This document shows, in pieces, positions 12,100-24,844 of a stretch of 62,530 nucleotides of DNA. The position numbers and the translations under genes were made by a program. How positions within the stretch are numbered: the stretch's first letter is position 1; every line of letters starts with the position of its first letter. The stretch lies in the NCBI RefSeq assembly GCF_004010195.1, contig NC_057720.1, forward strand, positions 32,122,590-32,185,119. Reading direction: 5' to 3'. Under the pieces are notes generated by a model. It searched no databases. It worked only from the letters and a program-made list of their open reading frames with translations, and was not told where the DNA came from. The stretch comes from Chiloscyllium plagiosum. Taxonomy: Eukaryota.

Positions 12100-13920
12100 A
12101 ACAGTGTCCAGTCTCCCAGTGGCCAAATGTTGGTTGTAAACTAGTTGGCAGTCTCCATGCACTGGTAAAGGCTGGTCCCTTTAACCCTCTTCCCCTAGTT
12201 TTGTCACAAGATACTGGTTTACTTCTCCTGGGATAGGGAGATAAGCTGCATCCCTGCAGAGATTCTCATCAAGGAGACTGGTCAGTCACTGCTGTGCGTC
12301 TGCACCCAAGTGGTGAGTTTCCATTTCTGGACCCTGCAACAATGCCTTCACATTGAGCTTCCTCCCAGGTGGTGCACCCAGGCGACATATTTCTTCTACT
12401 TGGGTGAGTTATCTCAAACATGACATGCAGCTCTTGTGGAAGGCAAGGGTCTTCAGTTTTCCCTCAGGAGCCAATTAATTTCTGGAACACGGTTTGCTGG
12501 TGCAGGTTCTTGCTACCATCAGGAGTAGAGGCTAATGTCAGAGAGACGCTGCTCATGAATCTGCACCTCCACCACTGCAGGTTAGAGTGGCCGGTGGACA
12601 GGAAAGCTGTGGCTGCAGGGGTGACCAGAGGCGGGGCCATGATGGGTGGCTGAGGCCTTGCCTGGATGTTGCCACAGGGATTGGCAAGCAGGGTGGTGAT
12701 GAACGTTCAACTCCTGACCGATGCCATCCATTGCCTGAAAATGGTGGTGCTTAACCTGGCGTTGTGCACCATTTAGAAAATGCTCAGGTCGTAGAATCAA
12801 ATCATAGAATCCCTACAGTGTGGAAACAGGCCATTCGGCCCATTGAGTCCACACCGACCCACTGAAGAGCATCCCACCCAGACCCATGCCTTTACTCTAT
12901 GTAACCCCGCATTTCCCATGGCTCACCTACCTTGCCTGTACATGCCTGAACACTATACGGCAATGTAGCAGGGCCAAACCACCTAACCTACACATCTTTG
13001 GACTGTGGGAGGAAACCGGAGCACTCAGAAGAAATCCAAGCAGACAATATGCAAACTCCACACAGACAGTTGCCCAAGGGTGGAATGGAACCCAGGTCCC
13101 TGGCACTGTGAGGCAGCAGTGCTAACCACTGAGCTACTATGCCACTCCACAGTGTGCGGTGAAATTCCATCTCTGCATACCTCTGCTTGGACAGAATTTC
13201 ATGTTTGCCTTTGGGTTCTGAGCCTCCCTCAGGAGCCCATACCTCAAAACTGGAGCCATCTTTTGGAAATGCCTAATATTCAGTGTGGAGCTACTTTCCA
13301 TACGGGCTATTGCTACACAACATCCACTTTGATTCCTTCATCCGCCAGCTGGACACCCCTTGGTGTGCTTATTTATCATTAGTCAACGGGGAACCCCAGT
13401 GGAGGGCTCTCTACACTGGAGTCCTCCCACTCTTCATCAGGAAATTGGGCTGAATGGGCATTGAACACAGCAGTGCCATGTAATGGACGTTGTGGTGGTT
13501 CACAGAATCCCAGATTAAGTCTTTATTTTGCGGTGTTGTGGAGTCCATGTACTATGTATATATTGATTGTGGGCAACTGCAGCCCCTTTTAGTTATTTGA
13601 AAAATCTTTCATCATGATTTTGGTTACACTTCAACCCTACACTCCTGATCTTTAGGCATCTGGTGCAGAGGGAATTGGACAGATTGGAGCATCTCCTTGT
13701 GGGTCTGCTCCTGGGCCTGGTCAGGTTGGTCATTAACAGATCCAGGCAGCAGCCTGTGGAGGAGGTAATCTCTGCTGATTGTCTGTCCTCTTCCCAGCTA
13801 CGTTCGTTCCAGGGTGTCTTTCGGGAGGGACCATGCAGTGTCCACCAGTATCTTGATGCCTTTAGCAAGAGGTGGTTGCCACAGGGATAGAGTTCTTTAC
13901 TTTCCCCTCCAATTCCATTT
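12100..13920 (+). mobile_element. Tx1/L1-clade LINE ORF2 3' part, degraded, split by a V-SINE
   Basis: Translations GEPQWRALYTGVLP, FCGVVESMYYVYIDC (decayed C-terminal zinc knuckle) and LLVGLLLGLVRLVINRSRQ. Confidence 0.7.
12792..13148 (-). mobile_element. V-SINE nested in Tx1 LINE
   Basis: Full head, V-domain and tail on the minus strand. Confidence 0.85.
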
Positions 13921-14254
13921 TAATTTAGCTACCTCCTGCTCTCCAAACTCCCCCATCACCTTTGATGGTCAATATTGCCCTTAACAGGATTTGCATGTAA
14001 GTTAACTAATTGGGCAACATGGGTAGTGGTTAAGAGATGAAAAAAATACCGTGGGTGATTTGGTGATAGAGAAAGAAAAATGGTCGGTTGTGTGTAAAAG
14101 CAATCCGGATATTAAAAAAAGACAAAAATAATAAACAGCATCCTGCAGTTTCTCAGAACTGTTTTGAAAGAATCCTCTGCATACAATAAGATCATAATTT
14201 GCAGATGAAAAGTGGCCTCCCCAACAAATTATTGACTGACCATTTACTAGACTC

Positions 14255-14375
14255 TAGAAGTCTTGTGGTACAGTGATATTGTCTCTACCTCTGAGCCAGG
14301 GAGACTGGGTAAAAATCCCACCTGCTTTTATGTGAATAGTAACATCTATGAGCAGGTTAATTAGGAGAATATCCA
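14255..14375 (+). mobile_element. Short tRNA-derived SINE (fourth family); minus-strand relatives at about 53630-53725 and 54310-54437
   Basis: gtcttgtggtacagtg...tacctctgagccaggg...tcccacctgct tRNA-like head. Confidence 0.5.
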
Positions 14376-14754
14376 ACAGACTCTACCAAGATATCAATGG
14401 ACAGAGGGGCCAGAGAAACATAACAGCAAATTCAGACATCTTAGATGTCTGCTGTTAAAATCTGCCTCATGTGTTTAACAAGCTGTCATTGAAAACCATG
14501 AAACACAAAGTGACATGTCTGATGAGGTTCTGTGTGAAGGTGAAGCAACCCATATTAGTGTGCCAGTTCGCATTGGGATGGAGAGGGACATAGCGATGTG
14601 ACGGTGGATGGATGGCACAAGGTGTCTGAGCAGGAATTGTACAACCACCTTTTCAGAAAAATGGAGTAAATGTTAACTTCACATAACTAATTTTTTAAAG
14701 TTTATTGTATTCTTACTTTGAATGTTAAGTAAACACATGTTCTCCTTGATGCAG

Positions 14755-14873
14755 GGTGGAAATAATCTATATAATGAGCTGTACCTGACTTTGCACTTCC
14801 TACTACTAGAGATTAGACAGAGAGGAAGCCCACAGTACACTCCCATGAGATCGGTGTCAAAATGGAACATGCA
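14755..14873 (+). CDS. Exon 4 (GGNNLYNELYLTLHFLLLEIRQRGSPQYTPMRSVSKWNMH), phase 0->2
   Basis: Acceptor ttctccttgatgcag, donor GCA|gtaggt, 119 nt open. Supplies the phase shift needed between exons 3 and 5. Confidence 0.7.
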
Positions 14874-15794
14874 GTAGGTTTCTTCTTTGCACTCTTCTTA
14901 AACAAAAGGGTGGTAAGTTTAGGTGGATAATGAGTTTGCTGTTCTGGGGTTTCGAATCATAACTTGTCATAATTAACAAGAATTTTCATGATTGGAATCC
15001 TAATGAGTAATGATTTTGCAATTCACACACTTTCAGAAACATTGCGGTCTCTGAGATCACGGATGTCAGTATTGGAGAGTGCAATTTCCTCACTTGGGTC
15101 ATCCCTAAAAGTGACTGTCTCACTACTCCAAGGTCAGGTTGTTCCCAAAAGGTTTGTATGACATACCTGATCTGTGAGTGTATGATACTGACAGGATAAT
15201 GAGAGTTTTATATTTGAGGAGAGCAAATAGTGAAAGGCAGTAGTTTGCTTTTGGATTAGAAGAATCAAGACTTGAGTTTGCAGAAGACTTGACTGAGACT
15301 AAATGTGAGAATAGTTCCTTCTTGAGGAAGGGATTCATTCAGAACAGTTAGGAAATAGATACCCTCACTGGCAGAGTTTTACTTTGAAAATTCCAGACTT
15401 GAAGTTTTTGGTTAGAACCCTGAGGGGTTATTTTTAGCTTTGAAAGTTTAAGTTCAGTGGTATGAATAATTAAGGAATTAACTATCAAGCTGTCAGGAAC
15501 AGGACTTTATCCAAAGGGATTCACTCCTCAATGCTGATGTTCTTCAACTTGTTGAGTCCCAAAAATTTTAAAAAAATTCATAAATAGTTTAAAAGGTACT
15601 TTCAATTTACCTGTTTATTGGTGAAATTGTTTCTGGATCATAAAAAAATGTATTTGTTCTACTTAGGACATAGTATGTTCTGAAGATGGCATTGTTAAGA
15701 CATACCTAAATGTTGATTTTCATTATGATTCAAGTGCTTTCACCTGCAGTATCTCTCTGAATCCTTGGGATTTCATTTGCTGTATTCTCTCGCT

Positions 15795-15927
15795 AGGCGG
15801 AAGTGAGGACTGCAGATGTTGGAGATCATTTCTGATGAAGGGTTTTTGCCCAAAACATCGATTTTCCTGCTCCTCAGATGCTTCCTGACCTGCTGTGCTT
15901 TTCCAGCACCACTCTGATCTTGACCCA
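15795..15927 (+). mobile_element. Family A PLE-derived short element
   Basis: Decayed hammerhead ctgatgaagggtttttgcccaaaac from 15832. TSD tattctctc(g/a)ct (15783-15794/15928-15939). Confidence 0.7.
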
Positions 15928-17344
15928 TATTCTCTCACTGCCAAGTAACCCATTGTTTACAATGATGTGGCAATGAGTGGCATACCAGCACAGCACACTG
16001 TTTCGTTGTTGAATAGTAGGACATGGGGTTGTGCTTATGACCCACTCTATTGGAAATTCTTGATTCCAGGAATGTCAGTAATGAACAGATAGCAAATAGT
16101 AATCACACATTTCAGCAAAAGAAGGAGAAAAGAATTAACTGTATTTCTTTTGTGATCCTCGTTGGTGTTACTACTGGACAAGTCCAATCCCATGCTTGAT
16201 ATACAAGGTGGCCTTTCACTGGAAGATAAACACCCAATGTTGAAGATTTGGTTTTAACAATAATAGAGATGAAGAAAAAAAACCTAAGCTATTTACATAT
16301 AATATAATTTAAAAGATTATAAAACACTTGACAATAGCAGAGTGTTCCCATCTGTATGACATCCATATGTTGAACTTAACCATTTCTTTCAATTCCTGTT
16401 CCTGAGAGCTTGATAGCTTATTCCTTGATTATTTATACAACTGACCTTAAACTTTCAAAACTTCAACTGTGTATGGCTGAGCAGGTATTGTGGAGAAACT
16501 CCGCAGGCCACTAGCAAGTTGCCCCTTTTAAGATACTTTGCACAAAAGATGTAAATCTGTCACACCTTGAAGTAAACAGGCAATACACAACAAGAACAAT
16601 TTCAAGAGATTATTGATCACCAGCACAGTTTCTGTTCCTGTCCCTAGTGCTACCTCCAGAATCCACCTAGTCCTCCTTCTTACCAGATGTTGTCTCTTGA
16701 TGCCGTCATGGGGTTTGTTTCTCCAGTAACGTACCATTCAGTTTTAGCACCCCATCACCCCTCAATTCTTCCAGTGTCAGACTGCTTCTCCCAATGTTGA
16801 ATGAGCCACAATGTTCCAGATAAACATGAGGAAAACCAAAACTATCATCTTTAGCTTCACAAGAAATGCTGTCTGCTTACCACCAATTCCATTTCACTTC
16901 CCAACCAGTTTCTTAGGTTAAACTGTGGTTTTCAATGACTCATCACTGAGTTGAGCTTCTGACCACATATTCTCTCAATCACAACATCTTTCTTGTTCCA
17001 TTTTAGTTGACTTTTCTCACCTTTATCTCTAATATAATCTGTTTGAAATGGAAACACTCATTCATTCACAAACAGAACTATTCCAAACCTTTCCTGACCA
17101 ACTTCTTAACCTCCATTCTCAGTAAACGTGTGCTCATCCAAAACTTTCCTCTTATCACATTTAAAATTGATTCTTTTCTTTTAGAGTTATGTTACATTTG
17201 AATAGTGCTTTTCTTGGCTTCAATACTTCCCCAAGTACTTTACACTCCAGTTTTAAATGTTACACTGTGTAGAGTAAGAAATTGGCTCTGTAATGCCTTC
17301 CACCCTTACAATCCTCCAAATGTCAATCTGTCTAACTATAGCTA

Positions 17345-17670
17345 CAGAAATTCACCAAATATCCTTAGATAGCACCTTCCAAGCCCACGACCACTTCCAT
17401 CCAAAAGGACAAGGGCAACAAGGGCAATATGTAGGAATACTACCATCTTCAAGTTCCCCTCCAAGCCACTCACCATCCTGACTTGGAAATATATCACTGT
17501 TCCTTCACTGTCGTTGGGTAAAAATCCTGGAATTCCCTTCCTAACGACATTGTAGGTCAACCCATTGCAGGTGGACTGTGGTGATTCAAGGAGGCATCTC
17601 ACCACCACCTTCTCAAAGGCAACTAGCTGGCCAGCCAGCAATGCCCACGTCCCACATATGAATAAAAAAG
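17345..17670 (+). mobile_element. LINE 3' end sharing its tail with the Deu-type SINEs
   Basis: caccaccaccttctcaaaggcaactag...gccagcaatgcccacgtccc...gaataaaaaa. Confidence 0.65.
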
Positions 17671-18436
17671 CGCCACATGCACATGCTATTTCTATTGCCC
17701 GACCACTCTTTGACTGCCTAGGTGCTAAGTTCTGAAATGTTGTCTTTGAAGCAACACCACTTTGTATCCCAACACGACCAACCTGACCTCTCTACCACTC
17801 TCTTGTCCTTTAAGATCCTGTTTAAAATCTAACTCTTTGACAAAGTTTTAACATTTCCTTTGGTTAAGCATCAATTTTGCTTTGAAAAAACAAAGGATTT
17901 TTTTCTCTACTTAAAGAGCTACAAAAATTCTCCTACAGTGCTCAGAAAATGAGGAAAATATTGAGTGCCTGATTGCTTTCCCTTTATTGCAATTATATAT
18001 TTTTGGAAAAAAACCTTGATGCTTCAATTTAGAATACCACTGGAATGTATGCCACTGCCTGGTTGCTATTTACATATTTGGACAAATTGTGAACACTTTT
18101 AAATGTATGAGGATCCTGTCCCCTGGAAAAGTGTCCTTGATTATTTAATCAAGTTTGTGAGCAGACAATGTTTGTAGGTTTGGTAATTATATCTGATAGT
18201 ACAGTACATGCAACAGTTTATTTAAATTGAATTTTAAGAAAAATCTAATCAAATATGCTGGAAAATTTTCTGCAGCTTGACAATGCTTGATCTTTTAAAA
18301 TGGTTCACTTTAAGTTCCATAATATAGACTGTTATAAATTTCATTTATCCTAAGTAAAAAGCCTTATTTTTAATTCCAGACTCTTTTACAAAATGATTAG
18401 TGACTAACAATACTTGTTTTTTTTCAATGATTTCAG

Positions 18437-18617
18437 TTACAAACAGTGCTGCAATTTTCTGGCCTCAGAGACTGTGTTGCTGTTTGCAGTTGTGCCTTAC
18501 TTCTACGACTACATTGGCAAAAATGCAAGAGTAAATAATATACTATATTTGGCCACAGGAGAGTCTGACTTTGTCATTAAGATTTTGGAGATTCTCCAGG
18601 GCAAAAATAGCCAAGAG
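18437..18617 (+). CDS. Exon 5 (YKQCCNFLASETVLLFAVVPYFYDYIGKNARVNNILYLATGESDFVIKILEILQGKNSQE), phase 2->0
   Basis: T-rich acceptor ending caatgatttcag, donor GAG|gtaggt. Lies within ORF 18414..18665. Confidence 0.75.
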
Positions 18618-18990
18618 GTAGGTGCTGGTTTAAGTGGCGCTGTTACTATATTAACCAATGTTTAGATGACATAACTTTTGAAAGCTGTAAACTTGTAGAT
18701 GTTGGCATTTTCCCCTTCTTTCTCAATCCTAATTAAACACCACTATTTCACAGTGTTCTGTGTTAAACACCTTTTCTATTATATTATTTTTCTATCAGTC
18801 GAATGTTTATGCTAGATTAGTCTTTCATTTACATGACAAATGTGGATGAAGGGAAATTAGAGGGCAAATCCCTCTGAGACTAACTAATCTACCTTTTAAT
18901 AGTCAAATCAAACATCCTATTGACATAGCATTGGAAAGAGGTTACTCACAGATCCCTTTGTGCATCCTTTGATCTGATTCCTCTTTGCAG

Positions 18991-19052
18991 GTGGTCTTAC
19001 TCAGCGAAGTGTTGCCACACGGAGTCCATTTGCACTTGGTCCTTCTTGCTAA
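18991..19052 (+). CDS. Exon 6 (VVLLSEVLPHGVHLHLVLLAN), phase 0->2
   Basis: Acceptor gattcctctttgcag, weaker donor TAA|gtaaca, open frame. Exon 5 could instead join an acceptor at 19383 in frame. Confidence 0.6.
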
Positions 19053-19345
19053 GTAACACATCGTACAGTGGCATACAATTTATTTACCATTGCCTCCTGA
19101 TGCTCAAATTATCTCAAGACAAGCAAGATGTTTGAAGCCATTATGAAAGATCTTTTCAAATACCCAAATAAGTTAACAAGAAAAAATAAATTGCACTTAT
19201 TTAAAGAAAGAGGTTGCAGTGCTTTTTTAACCCAGCATAACCTTACTTGCTATTAGTGTATTGTTATATCAATGTGAACTCTGATTTATTAATTCTTTCT
19301 TTCTGTAATAATTAGCTACATTTCATGAAATCTTAATCCTTTAAG

Positions 19346-19511
19346 TATTGATGGGCCATCTCAGTTTGCTTTAATTTTCAAGACAGGTGTGAAAAAAGTC
19401 TTAGAACAGGCTTCAGAGCTTATCATTCAGAAAGTCCATGAATTCCACTATCACAAGAGGACCCAGTGTTGCAAGCACAAATGGGTACGCCAGCTTTCTT
19501 TTACACTGCAG
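19346..19511 (+). CDS. Exon 7 (IDGPSQFALIFKTGVKKVLEQASELIIQKVHEFHYHKRTQCCKHKWVRQLSFTLQ), phase 2->0
   Basis: Acceptor atcttaatcctttaag (alternative at 19383), consensus donor CAG|gtaagt. Same frame as ORF 19389..19673. Confidence 0.7.
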
Positions 19512-19595
19512 GTAAGTAAGAAGGTGTGTATGTCACAGGTGCAGTTAAAAAATGCCATTGAAAAGCAGCATTCTGATTGTTTGAAAGGAACGCTG

Positions 19596-19890
19596 GGGAA
19601 GCACGGTGGCAGAGTGGTTAGCACTTCTGCCTCACAGTGCCAGGGACCCAGGTTCGATTCCCGCCTCGGGTGACTGTCTGTGTGGAGTTTGCACATTCTC
19701 CCCGCGTGGGTTTTCTCCGGCTGCTCCGGTTTCCTCCCGTAGTTCAAAGATGTGCAGGTCAGGTTTATTGGCCATGCTAAATTGCCCATTGTGTTAGGGA
19801 AATGGGTCTGGGTGGGTTACTCGTTGGAGGGTCAGTGTGGACTTGTTGGGCTGAAGGGCCTGTTTCCACACTATAGGGAATCTAATCTAA
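19596..19890 (+). mobile_element. V-SINE
   Basis: A/B boxes, V-domain, (tctaa)n tail. Confidence 0.85.
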
Positions 19891-20344
19891 AAGAATGTGC
19901 CCTTGCTTTGTTTTGTCTTTGTGGAATAGTGTTAGACACTGAAGCAATAAGCTAAAATGTAATGAATGGCAATATTCAATGGTGTATGTTGAAATAACTA
20001 GTTAAAAAAAACTTTTAGAATATATTGAAAATACATGAAATATTGCAGAAAAGAATAAAAAAAGAAGAATCCAGGACTGAATCTCAATTATTTTTGCCTA
20101 AATGCGAGTTGCATTGAGATTTTTTAAGAGTTTTAGCCATGAGATCTAGTGAGTCTTACCAAACATACCTCATTAATGGCTTTCCCTGGCTCTCCTGCAT
20201 TCTATCATCTGATTGTTTCCTCAAATTAGTATGTGCTTCTCCCGGAACAACTCACCAAGGCAAGCACATCGTGTAATTTACTGACACCCCTGGCAATAGT
20301 GCCATCTTTAAAAGGCTGTTGTGCACCCAGACAAGCACTGTGGG

Positions 20345-20790
20345 TTAGGATTTGGAGATGCCAGTGTTGGACTGGGATGTACAAAGTTAAAAATCACACA
20401 ACACCAGGTTATAGTCCAACAGGTTTAATTGGAAGCACACTAGCTTTCGGAGCGACGCTCCTTCATCAGGTGATTGTGGAGGGCTCAATCGTAACACAGA
20501 ATTTATAGCAAAAATTTGCAGTGTGATGTAACTGAAATTACACATTGAAAAATTGATTGTCTGTTAAGCCTTTCATCTGTTAGAACATATTGTCTAGCTA
20601 TCACCATTGTTAACAGCTAACCCGAGCATGCAACTTTTAAAAAAAGGGTTTTGTGATTTACACATGAAAGAAGTGAAACTATCACTGTATTCTAACAGAT
20701 GAAAGGCTTAACAGACGATTAATTTTTCAATGTATAATTTCAGTTACATCACACTGCAAATTTTTGCTATAAATTCTGTGTTACGATCTG
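20345..20790 (-). mobile_element. Penelope-like element terminal fragment with internal inversion
   Basis: Carries the hammerhead. About 97-bp inverted repeat, 20489-20585 vs 20690-20788. Confidence 0.7.
20438..20472 (-). ncRNA. Minimal type-I hammerhead ribozyme motif, intact
   Basis: Minus strand reads CAC-CUGAUGA-A-GGAGC-GUC-GCUCC-GAAA-GC-UA-GUG: stem I CAC/GUG, perfect 5-bp stem II, palindromic AGCU at stem III, CUA cleavage triplet. Confidence 0.8.
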
Positions 20791-20919
20791 GAAAAATAAA
20801 ACTGACTTTCTCAATAATTTCTCTGTAGATGACATTATGATTACAAATGTAGTGATTCTAAAAGTATTCACTTTTCAAAGTGATTTGTCACAAGAATATA
20901 ATCTTTTCCTTTATCCTAG

Positions 20920-20987
20920 GCCAACAAGATCATGCCCAATAAGTCAGTTGTGGAATTCTTTCAAACAAGTGAAAATCTGCATCAAGG
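20920..20987 (+). CDS. Exon 8 (ANKIMPNKSVVEFFQTSENLHQG), phase 0->2
   Basis: Acceptor tcttttcctttatcctag, donor AGG|gtgaat, 68 nt open. Confidence 0.7.
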
Positions 20988-22722
20988 GTGAATGTAGTAT
21001 AATTAATATCTTTTGCTGAGAATATATTTTGTGAGATTAATTACTGACTGTATTTGCCCAGGTTTGTATATGCCCATGCAATGTCATATAGCTAGAACAA
21101 AGAAAATTTACAGCGCAGGAACAGGCCCTTCAGACCTCCAAGCCTGAGCCGATCCAATTGTACTGTCTAAACCTGTCGGTCAATCTGTCGTATCCCTCTG
21201 CTCCCCACCTACTCATGCATATGTCCAGACGCAACTTAAATGAATCTACCATGCTTGCCTCTACCACCTCTGCATTCCAGATGCCCACCACCCTCTGTGT
21301 GAAGTACTTGCCGTGTGTATCCCCCTTAAACTTTTCACCTCTCACCTTGAAAGCTTGACCTCTCATTATTGAATCCTTCACCCTGGGAAAAAGCTTGTCT
21401 CTATCCATCCTGTCTATACCCTTCAAGACTTTGTAAACCTCATTCAGGTCCCCCCTCAATCTCCTTTTTTCTAATGAAAACAAACCTAACCTAGTCAACC
21501 TCTCTTCATAGCTAGCACCTTCCATTATCAGGCAACATCCTCGTAAACCTTCTCTGCACCCTCTCCAAAGCATCCACATCCTTTTGGTAATGTGGCGACC
21601 AGAACTGTACACAGTATTCTAAATGCAGCCGAACCAATGTCTTATACAATTTTAACATGACTTGCCAGCTCTTATACTCAATACCCCATCCAATGAAGGC
21701 AAGCATACTATATGCTTTCTTGACCACTCTATCCACCTATGCAGCAACCTTCAGGGTACAATGGACCTGCACTCCCAGATCTCTCTGTCCATCAACTTTT
21801 CCCAAGGCTCTTCCGTTCATTGTATAATTCGCTCTAGAATTAGTCTTGCTAAATGCATCACCTCACATTTGTCTGGATTGAAATCCATCTGCCACTTTTC
21901 CACTCAACTCTCCAGTCTATCTATATTCTCCTGGATTCTTTGACAGTCCCTTATGCTTTCTGCTACTCCACCAATCTCCATGTCACCTGCAAACTTGCTG
22001 ATCATACCAACAGTGCCCTCTTCCAGATCATGTATAATTCCAGATTGTGTATATTACAAACAACAGTGGCCCCAACACTGACCCCTGAGGAACACCACTG
22101 GTCACCTTTCTCCATTTCAAGAAACACCCTTCAACCACTACTCTCTGTCTCCTGTTGCTCAACCAGTTCTTTATCCACCTAGCTAGAACACCCTGCACAA
22201 CATGTGACTTCACCTTCTCCATTAGTCTACCATGGGGAACCTTATCAACCGCCTTACTAAAGTCCATGTATATTACATCAACAGTCCTTCCTTCATCTAT
22301 CAACTTGATCACTTGAACAACCCTATTAAGTTGGTAAGGCATGATCTCCCCCACACAAAACCATGTTACCTGTCACTGATAAGCCCATTCCTTTCGAAGT
22401 GTAAATAGATCCTATCCCTCAGTACCCTCTCCAGCAACTTTCCCACCACCAACGTCAGGCTCACTGGTTTGTAGTTAGCCAGAATATCCCTACTACTCTT
22501 CTTGTACAGAGGGACAACATGAGCAACCTTCCAGTCCTCCAGCACCTCACCTGTATTTCAGGATGCCACAAAGATATCTGTCAGGCCCCAGCTATTTCCT
22601 CTCTGTCTCCCTCAGCAATCTGGGATAGCTACCACCCAGTCATGGGGATTTGCCCACCTTAATAACCTACCCAACACGTCTTCCCTACTTACGTCAACGT
22701 GATCCAGACTAAACAAACTTCT

Positions 22723-22937
22723 GTTGTTGTGGTTCTTTCGCCGAGCTGGGAATTTGTGTTGCAGATTCAAACCACTACAAATGGCGGAGGAAAGATCACA
22801 GAAGCGCTTCACAGGAGGCTCCCAAGCACTGAGGATGTCACCTAGACAGGGGACGAAATGTCTGCAATACAAATTCCCAGCTCGGCGAACAGAACCACAA
22901 CAACGAGCACCCGAGCTACAAATCTTCTCACAAACTT
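22723..22937 (+). mobile_element. Short Penelope-like insertion nested in CR1
   Basis: Perfect 13-bp TSD taaacaaacttct (22710-22722/22938-22950). Inverted repeat 22723-22765 vs 22861-22904. Hammerhead inside. Confidence 0.8.
22826..22865 (+). ncRNA. Minimal type-I hammerhead ribozyme motif, core intact
   Basis: GCA-CUGAGGA-U-GUCACCU-AGAC-AGGGGAC-GAAA-UG-UC-UGC: stem I GCA/UGC, stem II with one mismatch, GUC site. Confidence 0.75.
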
Positions 22938-24534
22938 TAAACAAACTTCTATCTCTAATCTCAAGATTTATCATATTCCTCTCCTCAGTGAACACTGATG
23001 CAAAGTAATCATTTAGTATCTCACCCATTCTCTCAGGTTTGACACACAGCCTTCCTTCATTATCCTTTAGTGGACCAATCCTTTCTCTACTTATCCGCTT
23101 GTTTCTTATATAAGAATAAAATGCTTTGGGATACTCCTTAATTCTGCTCGCTAAAGCTATTTCATGACCCCTTTTAGCCCACTTGATTCCTCGTTTAAAC
23201 TTGTCCTACTCTTCCAATATCCCTCCAGGGCCCGTTCTGTTCTTAGCTGCCTGGACCTTATGTATGCTTCTCTTTTCCTTTTGGCTAGTCGTACAATTTC
23301 TCCTGTCATCCACGGTTCACAAATCTTGCTTTTCCTATCCAGTGCCTTCAACGGGACATGCCTATCCTGCACTATCTTTAACCTATTTCTGAAAGTCTCA
23401 CACATATCAAATGTGGATTTCCCTTCAAATAGCTGTGTTCAATCCACATTTCCAAGCTCCTGCCTAATTGTGATATAATTGGCTTTGGCCCAGTTTAGTA
23501 CTCTTCCCTTAGGACCACTCTCATCTTTATCTACGAGTATTCTAAAACTTACAGAATTGTGGTCACTGTTCCCAAAGAAATCCCACACCGCAACTTCTAC
23601 CACCTGTCCTGGCTCATTCCCCAGTACCAGGTCCAATATGGCCCCTTCCCTCGTTGGACTATTGACATGCTGCTCTAGAAAACTCTCCTGGACGCTTCTT
23701 ACAAATTCTACCCCATCCAGACCTCTGATGCTAAGTGTATTCCAGTCAATGTTGGGAAAATTAAAATCTCCACTATCCTATTGTCTCTACATCCTTCCAT
23801 AATCTGTTTACCTATTTGTTCTTCTACCTCACACTCACTGTTGGAAGGCCTGTAATACAGCCCAACAATGTAACTGCACCCGTCTTATTTCTCAGCTCCA
23901 CCCATAATGCTTCACTACCCAAGACCTCCTTTAGCACAGCTGTGGTATCATCCCTGACCAGCAAAGCAACTCCACCCCCCATTTTACTTCCCTCCCTGTC
24001 CTGTCCTGTCTGAAGCGTCTATATCCTGGAACATTTAGTTGCCAATCATCATGCCCTTCCTTCAACCAAGTCTCTGTTTGCAATAACGTTATACTCCCAG
24101 GCACCAATCCAAGCCCTAAGTTCATCTGCCTTACACACTACACTCCTTACATACTATGGCTATGAATCTTTGGAATGCTTTGCAGCAGGTGACTGTGGAT
24201 ATTCATTTACAGATATACATATTCAGGACTGAGATTGATAGAATTTTGTACAGTCAGGGAACATAGAATTATTGGGATTAAGTGAAAAAACAAAGTTGAG
24301 GTCAAATACCAGCCATGAGCAGTGCAGCAAGACTTGAGACCGCGGATGCTGCCTGAACTGTGCTTTTCCAGCACTACTCTAATCTAGAATTGAGACCTCA
24401 TATGGCCTATTCCTATTTCTATTTCTAATGTTGATAGCACAGCGAGAGAATTTTGGAAAATGTGGATAATTGAGTGATGTGCTCTTGAACACAATTTTTG
24501 AATCTAGTCCACTATGATAAGAAAAAACTTACAA

Positions 24535-24775
24535 TGTTTAACATAAAAGCACAAAATGCTGGAAGTATTCAACATCATCTGTGAAAATAGAAACAAAATC
24601 AACATTTCATGTCTGTAACCCTTTCCCGGAATAGGTTCCGGTGACAGTTCACTGACCTGAAATGTTAATCCTGTTTCTTTTTCCACAGATATTTCTTGAC
24701 CTGCTGAATATTTCAAGCAGTTTCTGTCTTTATTTACAATTTCTAGCATCTGCCTTATTTTGATTTTTTTGTGGC
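24535..24775. mobile_element. Older palindromic family B-like element
   Basis: Degenerate inverted arms around a decayed hammerhead-like centre (gacctgaaatgttaatc). Confidence 0.55.
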
Positions 24776-24844
24776 CGTCAACATGGATCATAACTAGCTG
24801 AGCTAAGCTCACCTTTTATATAGTTTATGACCTGAAGCTCACAA

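Larger units (their letters stand above)
21094..24150 (-). mobile_element. CR1 LINE ORF2, about 3 kb (APE endonuclease, RT, tail), disrupted
   Basis: [63 protein letters not shown]. Confidence 0.95.
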
